A DNA stretch of 64,000 bases from Eledone cirrhosa (GCA_964016885.1 OZ024744.1:76198001-76262000); one strand, 5' to 3'. Shown: positions 13,039-26,978, counted from the first letter of the stretch. The notes: generated by a model not told the origin, from the letters alone. Translations and numbers: made by a program.

Positions 13039-13103
13039 TATTTTATCTGATGAAAGCGCACCAAATTTGCCTTGGTTGCCCTTGAAATATATATAATAAA
13101 ATA
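13039..13103 (+). ncRNA. Type-I hammerhead ribozyme (family A), solo pLTR fragment
   Basis: TATTTTAT-CTGATGA-AAGCGCACC...GGTTGCCCTT-GAAA-TATATA-TA-ATAAAATA. Confidence 0.78.
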
Positions 13104-13164
13104 ATTATGCTTTTATAAATATAGTTTCCATTTATTAATATATTGTATATATATATATATAAGT

Positions 13165-14353
13165 AGAAGGGATATTTTATTTGTTGGAAATTCAACAAAT
13201 ATAAAAGTTTATAACTGATTCAGAGCACTTGACAGTTTTCTGGAGTAAATATTCAATGATATTAAATAAATGGAAAGTATATTTATAAAATCATATTTAT
13301 TCTATTATATATATTTTAAGGGTACCAAAAACTTTGGTACGCTTTCATCAGATAAAATACAAAGAGTGTTTTATAAATTTTGACATAGCCAAGGAAACCA
13401 TACCTTATCAGTTGAATTTTCCTTGGGTAGTGTAAAATCTTCTACCTCTCTTTCACATCTTATATGAAACATAAAAAGCAAGAATATAGACTATTCAATA
13501 TCTTGGAAAACGATTTCGTAAAAAGACCTGAGTACCGAAACATGGCTTTATCAAAATTCTGTAAATTGTGTATTGAAGAAATTATTTATATAATTAACTG
13601 TCAAAACTCTATTAATCTCAGAACAGAATTATTTAATTCTTGCAGACATCGCCAAAATTCTACATTCAGAACTATGTGTAACTTATAATATTCCTATAAA
13701 TCTTCAAAATGATCCTATCTTTTTTAACAATTTATATTTTTAATATATTAATATCTCCAAATCACAATATCTCTAATATTTGTAGTACTTTCACCTTTCA
13801 GAAAAAAATTCTTATAATATATATATATATATATATATAGATAAATCTACGAAAATATACGGTAGTGTCCAATCCGTATGAAGAATTCAATGTAATCCAA
13901 ATATCATGAAAAAAGATGAATTCAAAACTTTTTCGATGAAAAACACAGGAAAACAGAGTCAAGATAAATTAATAAAAATAATGAATAAAAACAAAGAAAC
14001 AGTTCCTTATATTAAAACTTCATCATTTTACGATCGTTTCTAGGATATATATGTGTGTGTTGGTATGTATATCATATAGATCTATGTAAAGATGTTACAA
14101 ACTATCAGAGGAAATATACATACCTACACATATATATGCTGAATTATTTCTGAAGACAGCATATATATATGTAGGTATGTATATTCCCTCTGATAGTTTG
14201 TAAAATTTTTACATACCAACACACACATATATATCCTAGAAACGATCGTAAAATGAGGAATTTTTTAATATAAGGAACTGTTTCTTTGTTTTTATTCATT
14301 ATTTTTATTAATTTATATATATATATAGATAGGTATATATAGATATTTATTTA

Positions 14354-14412
<59 letters not shown>

Positions 14413-15527
14413 GTGTATAGATATTTATATATATATTTATGTATATCTATATAATTTTAATTTTATTTTTTTAATTTTTTTAATTTTTAATTTTTAATTT
14501 TTTTTTTTTTTTTATTTTTTAAATTTTTAATTCTTTATTTTCCAATGACAGCCTCTAAAGCTATTTTTTGAAACGTAGATTAATAACCATTAACTGATTT
14601 TAGGAAAATGTATCCTATTCAAGTCAATGTTTAAACAGTCATATTTCTTTCGACTAAATAATTAATTAATCTCACACTAACGATTAACAAATAAAATCGG
14701 AGTTATCTTTCCTTTTTCAATCATATAAACTTATTATACCTAACTCCCTTAATTTAATTTAAAACATTCTCAATGCTGAACAAGTTATCCAAATATATAA
14801 ATTCATAATTTTAACTACCTATTTATTTCCATAAAATACAAAATCAACTTCCCTCGTAACTCATATTAAGAACAACCACCTAAAACTTTAACTACCCATT
14901 TATTTATTTATTTATCAACATAAAACACAAAATCAACCCCCCTCGTAACTCATATTATGAACAACTAATAATTGCAAATTATCTTTTTAATAAAAATACA
15001 TAATCTATTATTAAAATATATATAGATATTTATAATATTAACCCACTATAATATTATAAGACTTACAAACATAATTCCCCATATAAATGTATACATAATA
15101 TAAGTAAATATTCGAATTTATTTCCCCCAAATTAACGTATATAAGTGGTCTTCTTTTTCCTTTTTCCTTTTTCCTTTTCTTTCTTCTTTTTCCGTTTTCT
15201 TTTTTCTTTTTTCTTTCTTTCTCTCTTATTATATATTTAAACTTTTCATAGCGTTTAAAATAACGGTTTTTCAATCATATAACTCAACCTTATTTACATA
15301 TCCATTTGCATATTCATCCATAAGTTTGAAATATCCGTTTTTAATCTCACTACCCAAGGAAAATTCAACTGATAAGGTATGGTTTCCTAGGCTATGTCAA
15401 AATTTATAAAACACTCTTTGTATTTTATCTAATGAAAGCGTACCAAAGTTTAAGGTACCCTTGAAATATATATAATAGAATAAATATGGTTTTATAAATA
15501 TAGTTTCCATTTATTTAATATCATTGT
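13165..15527 (+). mobile_element. 5'-truncated Penelope-like element with inverted pLTRs (same family as 10242-12305)
   Basis: Inverted repeats ~13255-13432 and ~15348-15527. GIY-YIG tail in ORF 13464-13688 (CKLCIEE...SCRHR). Both hammerheads carry core mutations (AAAA; CTAATGA). Confidence 0.82.
13963..14316. repeat. ~350-bp fold-back palindrome carrying a hammerhead (14146-14254, +)
   Basis: Long imperfect inverted repeat; ATTT-CTGAAGA-long stem II-GAAA-CGATCG-TA-AAAT. A single-arm relative lies at ~55582-55850. Confidence 0.75.
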
Positions 15528-15573
15528 GTTTATATATATATATATATATGTGTGTGTGTGCGCGCGCGCTCGC

Positions 15574-15609
<36 letters not shown>

Positions 15610-15827
15610 ATTGTTCTCTACACAGATTTAGAGCCTAACTGAGCGTACACATATATTTATATATATTTGTAACCACGTGCTTTTCCTACAAACTCGTAAG
15701 TGCGTTTTTTTAACTACCGGTTATTATATACACTCGTTTTTCTCTTAATATCTTCAAACAACCAAATAACCAAAAACCTTTAATATCCTCAAACAACCAA
15801 ATAACCAAATTTCCCATCCATAAAAGA

Positions 15828-15865
<38 letters not shown>

Positions 15866-16092
15866 GCTACTTTAATATCTTCAAATAACCAAAGCCTCAC
15901 TCACATAAGGAAAAAGTGTATACAAATACACGTGCTTTTTCCTACAAATTTTAGTACAAACTCGCAAGTACGTTTTCTTGACTACAAATTATTATATACA
16001 CTCGTTTTTCCTTGAATACCTTCAAACAACCAAATAACCAAAAACTATTAACATCCTCAAACAACTAAAACTTACATCCATAAGAGAGAATA

Positions 16093-16858
16093 TCTATTTG
16101 CACACGGCACTGGACAGAATTGCTTTTATATCATTCACTCTTATCTCGGGAACAATTTTGAATAGCGCCAGTTCGTAATTTGAACTCGGGAATGTTATAC
16201 TCACCGAGTGAAAAGAACCTTCTGACGAGAGTCTTTCTCCTCAATGGATGTCCGTAAGGACTATCCATTTATTTTTGAGACTTGAAACCGTACGGTAAAG
16301 GTAACTACAGCAGGTACAGTGAATTGTTTTAAATTTATTTTAAAACTTTTTCTTATTTGCTAAACCTTGATTATATATGTTCTGGCTCGTTAATTTATTA
16401 ACTTGCCATAGAACCACATTGGCATATGGTTGGATAATACATGTGTTCCTATATGTATTTTGCATGTAGGGATATATACTTTATTATTATTTATCTCCAC
16501 TGGTCGAGATAACATTTTGGTCGTTTTGACTGCTGCTATTTCTAGTGGCATTGTATTGACCTTTCCGCCTCTGCTTTCTATCTTTGCACACGGCACTGGA
16601 CATAATTGCTTCTATATCATTCACTCTCATCTCAAGAACAATTTTGAATAGCGCCAGTTCGTAATTTGAACTCGGGAATTTTATATTCTCCGAGTGAAAA
16701 GAACCTTCTGACGAGAGTCTGTCTTTTCAATGGATGTCCGTAGAGACTATCCATTTATTTTTGAGACTTGAAACCGTACGGTAAAGGTAACTACAGCAGG
16801 TTCAGTGAATTTAAAAAAAATTATTTTAAAGCTTTTTCTTATTTGCTAAACCTTGAGT
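16093..16858 (+). repeat. Partial tandem repeat (486-bp unit, ~1.6 copies), each unit with an intact hammerhead; retrozyme- or pLTR-like
   Basis: Units start near 16093 and 16579. Hammerheads at 16217-16302 and 16703-16788: ACCTT-CTGACGA-GAGTCT...AGACTT-GAAA-CCGTACGG-TA-AAGGT. Confidence 0.85.
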
Positions 16859-16970
16859 ATATATATATATATATATATATATGCAAAAGTTTTATTTAAA
16901 ATTGTTGGGTTACAACAAGTAAATATTTTATAACTGATATAAAGCACTCGACAAGTTTTTGGAGTAGATA

Positions 16971-19900
16971 TACGATATTAAACAAATGGAAACTATATTT
17001 ATAAAACCATATTTATTTCATTATACATATTTCGGGGATACCATATTAAAAATATGGCATGCCTTCGTCAGATAAAATACAATATATAAACAGTTTTATA
17101 AATAATTTTGACGTACCATAAATATGAGCTACCATTAGGTAGGAAGCTGGTTTGGTAGTGAAGTGTTTATAAATATTTAGTGTTAAGCACAATTATAAAG
17201 AAAGACGGAGAAAAAGAAGAAATGTATGTAAAGAAAAACAGAGAGAAATAGAGAGAGATAGGGGAGAGAGAAATAGGGAGGAGGTGAAAAAGAGAGGCAA
17301 CCGAAGGCAACAGATGAATAATAATAATTCATCATACAAATTGAGAGGTTTAATTTTTCCTCCAATATTGTTGAGCGCTTTATATTATAACTGAAAAAAT
17401 GGAATTCTTTAAGATATCTTCTTCTCTAAAAGACATACCTCTACCTAAGAACAAAGACTTTATTAAACAATTAATAGAAAAATCAGACTCTTTTATAAGA
17501 AGAATCAGGTGGCGTGCCTTCCACTTTGATAAATCTAATCTAAATGAAAATGTTTCAGACTTAGATAAAGTTTTCAAATCTAAAAATAATCCACCCCCCA
17601 ACAAACTATTAATGGATTTTGAAAACGATATAATTTCTATCATCCAAGGAATCAAATTCAAGAGAAACTTCAAAGGCCAGGACTATCTAAGAAGCATTAA
17701 GGATAATATTGAAGGCTTGGAGAGAACAGAGAAGATCTTGGTGAAATCGGACAAAACCAACAACCTTTATGGAGTGCAAAAGAACATGTATAATGGCCTT
17801 ATATTGAAAGAACTAAGGAAAAAGTACAAGGTAGCAAATAAGGACGAACTGGAAAAAATGAATGTTGAGGCATCTTGTATAATGCATGAGTTAGACATTG
17901 AGAACAAAACACAACCCTTCATGCCTAGGAAACCCAAGATCAATATGAAAGATCACAAAAGAAATTTTGAAAATGATTTGCCAGTCAGATTGATTGCACC
18001 ATCAAAATCTGACCTGGGTAAACTTAGCAAAAACATTCTAGACAGGGTGATACAGCAAATTAAAAACTTACATAATTTACCTTACTTAAACTTATGGAAG
18101 GGGACTGGTGAGGTTATTGAGTGGTTTAAAGAAATTAAATATAACAATAATAATAAATTTATTCAACTAGATATTGCTAATTACTATTCATCTATTACCC
18201 CTAATCTACTGAATAAGGCACTAAATTACGCATTCAAACATACAGACCTAACTAGCAATGAAATGCACATTATATTATCGGCAAGGAAAACATTGATAGA
18301 ATTTAATAACCAACTATGGACTAGGGCAGATAGAGATAATAATTTCGACATAACTATGGGATCATCTGACTCAGCTCAGCTAACGGACCTTGTGGGCCTA
18401 TTTATAATTAATTCGATGCATAGAAAAATACCAGGTGTAACCGGAGGATTATATCGTGATGACATGCTTTTACTTATTGAAAATAACAACTCTGAACTAA
18501 ATAGAAAAAGAAAACAAATTATACAATTTTTTAATTACCTTAATCTAAAAATAGAAATAGAGAATAACCATAGAATAGTCAATTTCCTAGATGTAACACT
18601 AAATCTCAACACATGTCTTCGCTATCCATTTCACAAACTAAATGAAAACTTGAATTATGTCAATTTTAACTCTAATCACCCCAGATCTGTTAAAAATACT
18701 ATAGTGAACTCTGTTCAAGAACGAATCTCAAGAATTTCATCTAATAAAAATATTTTCGACGAAAAAGCGCAGTATTACAATGAAGCGTTAGCTAGAGCAT
18801 GATATAGTGATAAAATTAAGTACATCGATAATAATAGGCAAACTAACCAAAATAATAACAATTTTAATTACGGTAACAACATTAACAACTATAATAGAAA
18901 ACATTACAATAATTCCAAAAGCCGGAAAAGAAATAGAACTAGAAATATAATATGGTTTGCCCCCCCCCCCTTTCTAACTAAATATTAAAACCCACATTGC
19001 TAAACTATTTTTTAATGCTCTTGACAAACGCTTCCCTGGAACACATAAATATCACTCAATTTTTAATAGACATACTATAAAATTAACTTACTCGTCCACC
19101 AAAAATTTAGCACAAAATATTAACAGAATAAATAATAGGAATTTAAAACCTAACCAAAATACCAATAATAACCCAAACAATATTCAATTAAACAACTGTA
19201 ACTGTAGAAATAAATCTAAATGTCCGTTAAATAACAATTGCTTAGTTAAAAATATAATATACAATTGTAATGTTAAAACTAACTTAAATTCTTTCAACTA
19301 TGTTGGTTCCACCTCGACAGAATTTAAACTTCGCTACAATAATCATAAGAATTCTTTCACAGATCCAAACAAAAAAATCTTCAACTTCACTATCAAGCTT
19401 ACTCTGGCAACTTAAACGTGATGACGTTGGGTATTCGATGTTTTGGAATATTGTCTCAAGAGGGATTCCTTTTAATTCCTCATCTGAGACATGTGATCTC
19501 TGTGTGGAGGAGATATTCTTTATATTAAAATCCAAAAATTCCCTTAATTTAAGGAGCAATTTATTCAGTTGCTGCAGACATAGATTGAACTCAACGTTTA
19601 AATATAAATATAAATTTAAAATGTAGTATAATTGATTAAGAAATTTAATTAATGTATGAAACCTGACGATAAATCTTTCGATTCCTTCAACTTTTTCTTT
19701 TAAACCTTCTTCATAAATATAAACTAATGATGTAATTAAACTACTCTAAAATGTAGATGCTCCCAATGTATTAAATACATTTTACGCAAGATAAACTTCT
19801 ATACTAAATATAAGAGCATCCGTAGAACCACAGGGTCTCCTAAATCCTTTAAATGATTTTTGCTAAATAATTTTTGTTAAATAATTTTTGGTTTTTTGTT

Positions 19901-21382
19901 TGCTTTTTGATTCTGATTGCTTCTAAAGAACTTGGCAATATATTGTCTGATAAATTGGAAGGGTAGATTTCTGTGGTAAATATAAGAAGCATACTGTGTT
20001 TTTGTGGCCTGAGATACCCTAGGGAGTGATGAAAATATTTTAACGTTTTGATATTTCTGTGCTGATATATTGATATCTGGTTGTCTCTGTACAAAGGCCA
20101 TATGTATTAATATGCATATGGAATGACTACAGAGTATATTTTATCTGTCCATGTACCTGTATGTGTGCATACATATATATCTATATGTATGTGTGGGTAT
20201 AGTTCTGTATATGTTACAGATATGCATAATATTCTATACATGAACGATAATCGTGTATGTGAGGGCATGAATATTAATCGTTTATTTTTTTTTATGTATA
20301 TATATATAGTGAAATCTTTTATAACACAAGAAACATTTTTTTTTTGTGAAACAAGAAATTACAGAGTTGATCACGTAAAGTCATGGGTATGTCTATAATA
20401 TCAACTAGAGCTTGACATGACTTTCCCTTTCTCTTTTTCTTTCCTTTTCCAGAAAGTGCATATGCATGTGTATGTATATATACTTATATATCTACGTATT
20501 TTTATAAATAGGGTAATTTTTTGAAGATTTATCTCAGTTTTTGGTACATCGACCTCAGAGTTTTAAACTAAACATATGGTCATTATTGAGCAAAATTATT
20601 TTCACACATTATATATCTATGTCTCATTCATGAATATTGATATTTACATTATATTACCCAGTTCATGTGAATTGATAATTCAAATTGATAGGACATGACG
20701 TAAAGAGGTAACTCTATCATCCCTCTCTCTAGATATAGCTCTTTCTTCTCCTCTCTCTTTATATATGATGAAGTTTATGTATCTGTTGTTTTGACTTTGC
20801 CACTCAGGTTTCTCTCTTATTTCTCTCTTGATTTTCACCTCCCCCTATATAATTATTATTATTTTGTCTCCCTCTTTCTTTTTCCCCCCACCTCTATCTC
20901 ACTCTCTCTGTTTTCTCTTCATCTCCATTTTTTATTTCTCTCCGTCTCCTCTCTAACTGTCCTTAACACTATAACTAAATAATTACCGTACTCCCTCCCT
21001 CTTAAACCTCTCAATTTGTATGATGAATTATTATTATTCATCTGTTGCCTTCGGTTGCCTCTCTTTTTTCACCTCCTCCCTATTTCTCTCTCCCCTATCT
21101 CTCTCTATTTCTCTCTGTTTTTCTTTACATACATTTCTTCTTTTTCTCCGTCTTTCTTCATAACTGTGCTTAACACTAAATATTTATAAACACTTCACTA
21201 CCAAACCAGCTTCCTACCTAATGGTAGCTCATATTTATGGTACGTCAAAATTATTTATAAAACTGTTTATATATTGTATTTTATCTGACGAAGGCATGCC
21301 ATATTTTTAATATGGTATCCCCGAAATATGTATAATGAAATAAATATGGTTTTATAAATATAGTTTTCATTTGTTTAATATC

Positions 21383-21385
<3 letters not shown>
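16971..21385 (+). mobile_element. Near full-length Penelope-like element (Naiad-type) with ~380-bp inverted pLTRs
   Basis: 16971-17353 is a near-perfect reverse complement of 21002-21385. Intact hammerheads at 17014-17079 (-) and 21277-21342 (+). Flanked by (TA)n. Confidence 0.95.
17399..19626 (+). pseudogene. Penelope RT + GIY-YIG ORF with one nonsense codon and frameshifts
   Basis: 467-aa RT ORF (KDHK, QLDIANYYSSI, MGSSDSA, YRDDML, FLDVTLNL), TGA at 18800, poly-C frameshift near 18960, then CNCRNKSKCP, IIY..YVG, CDLCVEE, SCCRHR. Confidence 0.93.
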
Positions 21386-21425
<40 letters not shown>

Positions 21426-21430
<5 letters not shown>

Positions 21431-24400
21431 GCTTCTTTAATTTTTTCAAATAACCAAAGGCTCACTTACATAAGAAAAAGTGTATACAAATACCCAAAGA
21501 GACACACAAAATATGACTGACCAGCAAGCCTACAACAGACGAAATTGACCGCTTAGTAAACACATGGTTTTCTCTCTCCCAAACAATAAACATTAACGCT
21601 TCGTGTCTGAATAAGATTGCTGAAAAAACAGCTCAAACATTCACCACGAGGTCTGCTAAGCAGATACACAACAAACTAAAACATCTAGATGTCTCTTTCA
21701 AACTAATTCAAAACCATTTTGAAAAACTTCGACATATTTACTCCAATGTTCAAACACAACAACAACCACATCAACAACAGCCACAACAACAACAGCCACA
21801 ACAACAACAGCCTCAACAACAACAACAGCCTCAACAACAACAACAGCCAGAAAATCAGGAGCCACCACCACCGCCACCACTACTGAATTCAAGCATAATA
21901 GCTGAGTTACTGAACGACAGTATCCATCTACCACTTTCTCAGTCATCCTTATCGCCATCATCATCACCACCACCGTCATCATCTTCTGCCACACCAACTG
22001 CTAGTAATGGACCACTGCTTTCTCTCCCAACACTCTCACAGCCTCTACCACAGTTATAACCATCATCATCATCATCATCATCACCACTGCAGATATCGTA
22101 TTCTAACATCTAAACTACCATCAATGAAAAACCACTGCTTTCTTCCCCCCACATCACCACCACAGTTATTCTGTAGTCAAAAGAACCTAAAAAAAAAATC
22201 AATGGAGCTGTATGCACCCCCCCCCCACTACACAAACTAGAAACCCCAAAATATGCGGCTACTCTCTACGTCAGAGGCTATGCACACGTAGCGACTGCAT
22301 ATTTACCCATTTACCTGGTACCAGACGCTCTAACACTGCCAGCCAATGCAAAAAGCACACTACCCCCACACATAAGTCGGAGTCCCAAAATCTGCCGACA
22401 TTCCCAACGTGAGAGATTATGTCTGCTGACTGACTGTCCCTTCACTCATCTTCCTGGGACACAACGCACGAACGGAAAAGAGGCTCCATGCCAACACACA
22501 AACCACAATAAAACCACTCCCTGCTGCAGTAATGCTGTTCCAGTATTCACACAAAGACACGATTACAACAAAAGTAATTGCAACAACAAAAACAACAAAT
22601 ATAATGGTACTCCAGTCTTTTCACAAAGACACGATTACAACAACAACAAAAACAACAACAACAAAAGTAATGCTGCTCCAGTCTTTTCACAAAAACACAA
22701 TTACAACAAATACAACAACAACAACAAAAGAGGGAACTGCAACATTATCCAATGGTGTAACCACAAATCCAATCAAAAACTGTTCCCTCAACAAGAACAT
22801 TTTTCTTTTTTAGCCATGAACCTGGCAAAAAAGATACAGAAAAGCATTTTAGCCATTACCCAACACTATTCTTGCTGTCACTAACACACAATCTCAAAAC
22901 AAGCCCCCTGCAACAGGCAAAACCAGCCACCACACTAGCCTCCACATTTTTACTCAATACACAAGGTATCAGCCCATCCTTCAATGCACAGAAATGGAAG
23001 ATCCAATTCATTGAGGATTGGGTTGGTAACCATCCATTTCACATCCCCTTCTTCATTCTTACTGGGACCCACTTTGACAACTCCCACTTGGAGGCCGAAG
23101 TAAGAGTGAGGAATTCCACAACCATCCGCAGGTATCGTGTTGGCAGAAGGAAGGGTGGAACTGCCATTTTCCTGCATGATTCCTTTACGGCAGATGGCAA
23201 CACAACATTCGCCAATGGATACTGTGAATCAGTCACTGTGCACAATAAAGCCAATGACCTGACATTAGTTGGGCTCTATAGGCCACAACAAACACCCATA
23301 ATCTGCTTGAAAGCATGCCTCAACAGCATTAAATGCTCTATTCAACAGTGCCTTTCTAGCAACGTACTTTTGATGGGAGACTTTAATCTACCCTGTGTCG
23401 ATTGGTTTACAAGCAGTTTGAAACCAGGCATTCCAACCTCAACCACTGACAAAGAAGCAGTTGAGTCACTTCTTGACTTTATGAATGAGTTTTTCTTGTC
23501 CTAACTTTTCCTTGCACCAACAAAGCATTAGAATAACATTCTGGATCTAGTGCTTAGTAACCACACTAACACTATACATAATATTACAGTGGAAAAAACC
23601 CTTCTCTCAGACCATGACATGGTTTTTTGTAACCTGAGATTCCACCAGCCGAAAGCTAATCCTAGAGACCCCTTTCCAGCCCACCCATTTGATAACATGG
23701 ATCTCTACAATGACAACTGGGATGCAATTATAAACGAACTATCACATGTTGACTGGTCTTTTACACACGCACATATTTCCACCAACATCAAAACATCTTT
23801 GTAGACACTGTCACAAATATATGTACAAAACAGACCCCACCAAAACCTGTGAACAAAACTAAGTGCAGTATCCCCCAAAACAGAAAATCAATTATCAGAA
23901 AAATAAAAAGAACAAACAAAAAATTAACACCATAAAATACTGCCAACAGCAACACACACATTCGACGGTTATCGCCCTGCTTGGCTTGAATCAAAAAGAT
24001 ATAACCTCCAACAATGCATGAAGATCATCATCAATAACCAGAGAACAGACATTGAGAAAATCAAACTCAACCCAAAAGTGTTCTTTTCATTTGCTAAAAA
24101 ACTGTGGCCCTCTAGTTGATGAAAATGGCACACTCCAAGATAATGCCAAAACCATGGGCGAGATACGGCAGAAACAATACTGTTCTATTTTCAGCAATCC
24201 TGATATGGCCGATCTGGACTGTATCAGTGATGTTAATCCCCAACACACTATATCAGACATGACGTTTGGCGTCCCTGATGTCTTAGCGGCAATAAACGAA
24301 TTGAAACACAATTCAGCAGTAGGCTCCGACATGTTCCCTACTTGTGTCCTGAAGGTGTGTCGACTCCAACTTGCAACTCCTCTTGCTAATCTGTGGAGGA

Positions 24401-25942
24401 ACTCAGTGGACACTGGCTATATTCATGAAAACTTTCTGTCCCAGTCCGTTGTCCCAGTCTTCAAAAAGGGAAATAAGTCCCTTGCAGTGAACTACCGTCC
24501 GATCTCACTCACCTCTCATATTATCAAGGTATTTGAGAGGGTGGTGAGATCACGAATAACCCACTTTCTTGAAAGCAACGGCCCGCTGAACTCCAACCAA
24601 CATGGGTTCCATAATGGATGGGACTGCCTAACGCAGCTCCTGCATCACTTTGACGAGGTTTTGAGAGCCTTGGAAGAGGCCTCCAACACTGATGTCATCT
24701 ACCTTGACTTCAGCAAGGCTTTTGACAGGGTTGATCATAAGATTCTACTGAAAAAACTATCCAATGTTGGTGTCTCTGGAAAGTTGCTATAGTGGATCAA
24801 ATGTTTCCTGACTGAGAGAACCCAGCATGTTGTAGTCGAAGGAGTAATATCAAGCCCTGCCAAAGTCAGCAGTAGCGTCCCACAAGGCACTGTGTTGGGC
24901 CCACTTCTTTTCTTCATCTACATTAATGACATTACTGACATCATCAAGCACAGCAACATAAGAATCTTCGCAGATGATTCCAAGCTCCAAAGGGTCATCA
25001 ATGAGGTGGGTGACCGGACTTGGCTTCAGTCAGACCTACTGGCTGTTATCCAAAGGGCAGAAAAGAATAATATGCTGTTGAATAGGGATAAGTTTGAATT
25101 AATCCACTTTGGTAAAAAGGATGCCCTGAAACTACCATACTCTCTTCCTTCGGGTGAAACTCTAGTGGCTTCCAATAACATCAGAGACCTGGGAGTAATT
25201 GTGGACAATAATATAAGCTGGGCCACTCATATAAACAGCAAAGTTGACATGGCCCGCAGAATGTGTTCCTGGATTCTCAGAACTTTCCAGTCGAGAGATA
25301 TCCACACTGTTCTCCTTCTCTTCTCCACTTTTTCCCGACCCCACCTTGAATACTGTTGTCCACTGTGGTCACCCCACACGAAACAAAGTATCATGAAAGT
25401 TGAAGCACCCCAAAGGTCAATTACAAAAAAGATAGATGTCATGGCAGGCCTTGACTATGGGAGTCGATTAGAAAAGCTCAACCTTTATTCTATCCAACGT
25501 CGCCTTGAGCGCTACATTATCTACATGATGTGGAAAATATTCCATCAGATTTGCCCAAATAATGTTGGCATCACCTTTAATGTACACTCTAGGCTTGGGC
25601 CCCGTGCTATCCGCCCACGACAAAAAAACATCACTTGCATCTCATAACAACAATACGGCACTATTATTTCACCTCAATTGGCCCTGCTCTCTTTAACATT
25701 ACACCAAAACACATCAAAACAGAAACATACCCCGTCAAGTTCAAGAAGTCTTTGGATAAATTCCTTCAAGAAATCCCGGATAAGCTTCCTACACCCGGAT
25801 ATGCCTCCGTAAACAATAACTCTCTGCTCGAGTGGGTCATGGTGCCCAGACCCTGATTTGTAAGACTTCGCCAGGTGGTGCTATTAAGTTAGACATGGCC
25901 TGGGCCAATACTGGCCGAAATCTATCAAAGTTATCAAAGTTA
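21426..25942 (+). mobile_element. CR1-group LINE, long degenerate copy (ORF1-like region, APE endonuclease, RT)
   Basis: Two C..C..H-like motifs (22250-22450), YRP, MGDFNLP, LDLVL, SDHD, NYRPISLTSH, QHGF, YLDFSKAFDRVDH, GPLLF..INDI, FADD, RPHLEYC; short tandem 3' tail (TATCAAAGT)2. Multiple stops. Confidence 0.92.
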
Positions 25943-26307
25943 TATATATATAATTAGTTACAACGGTGACATATGCCTCTTTATGTCACTGTTGCACTGT
26001 TGTAACTAATTATACTTAACTCGTCCTATCGACTGAGTGCTCTTACCCATGGCTATTTCTAACAAACGTTTTCTACAGTATATATATATTTCGAATATGC
26101 TGTACTTCCATTTGTATTACTATCTCCTAGACTTAATGATTAATTGATTAATTTAATTAGACAATTCCATTATTTTGTTTGTTAAATAAAGGTCTGGTTG
26201 AGTGCTTAATCCAGTTTTTGTATGGAACTTTTTCCATTGCTCATAACTTGAATTTGACCGCCCCCCCAAAAAAAATCCGAACTTTGTGTCAGAACGGAAA
26301 GCATATA

Positions 26308-26402
26308 AATGGCTTTACAAAATGAAGACAGCGACAGGTAGTTCAGCCGGGGTCCGTAGCAACGAAAGAACTGACTCGTGAGAGAAAAATTCATACACAT
26401 AT

Positions 26403-26467
<65 letters not shown>

Positions 26468-26556
26468 CATGAATTTTTCTCTGACGAGTCAGTTCTTTCG
26501 TTGCTACGGACCCCGGCTGAATTACCGGTCGCTGTCTTCATTTTGCAAAGTCCTTT
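26308..26556. repeat. ~95-bp inverted repeat arms around a (TA)n spacer
   Basis: GAAGACAGCGAC...GAGAAAAATTCAT versus ATGAATTTTTCTC...GTCGCTGTCTTC. Confidence 0.85.
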
Positions 26557-26791
26557 AAACTGTATGTTATTACTCTGAGGTCCTATATCTTGTCGAGTGT
26601 TTGGCTAAACTGACTGCTGAAAGCATTCGTCGGCTTAGCTGAGCCTCTGGCTACGAATATGCTGTACTTCCATTTGTATATATATATATATATATATTTC
26701 GTTTCTGAATTTGTTTAGCAAATAAATTAAATTGAAGTGAAAGCAACTGGTGCGTGTGTTTCTTATTGGCAACATGACCCTCCCAAAGTAT

Positions 26792-26828
<37 letters not shown>

Positions 26829-26896
26829 CGAGGTCTAGCAAATAGAGAAACACTTTTAAAATAAATCTTACAAAATTCGCTGTACTTACTATATGT

Positions 26897-26978
26897 GCCT
26901 TTACCGCGGTTTCATGCTCCAGAATAAACGGAAAATCCAAGCGGATTTCCATTGAGTAGGGAGCAATCTTCAAAAGGC
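26897..26978 (-). ncRNA. Hammerhead ribozyme, diverged relative of the 486-bp repeat family
   Basis: Reverse complement reads GCCTT-TTGAAGA-TTGCTCC...GGAGCAT-GAAA-CCGCGG-TA-AAGGC; flanks homologous to 16093-16490. Confidence 0.7.

Noticed and set aside
18800-18802. In-frame TGA in the Naiad-type ORF as possible selenocysteine (some Naiads are selenoproteins)
   Set aside because: It aligns to Gly in the paralogue (ALARSGF vs ALARA*Y), not to Cys; the downstream Cys motifs use ordinary codons. Most likely a GGA>TGA nonsense mutation.
21698-22813. Thr/His-rich ORFs as host mucin-like genes
   Set aside because: Low-complexity (ACA/CAT)n parts of the degenerate CR1 ORF1 region.
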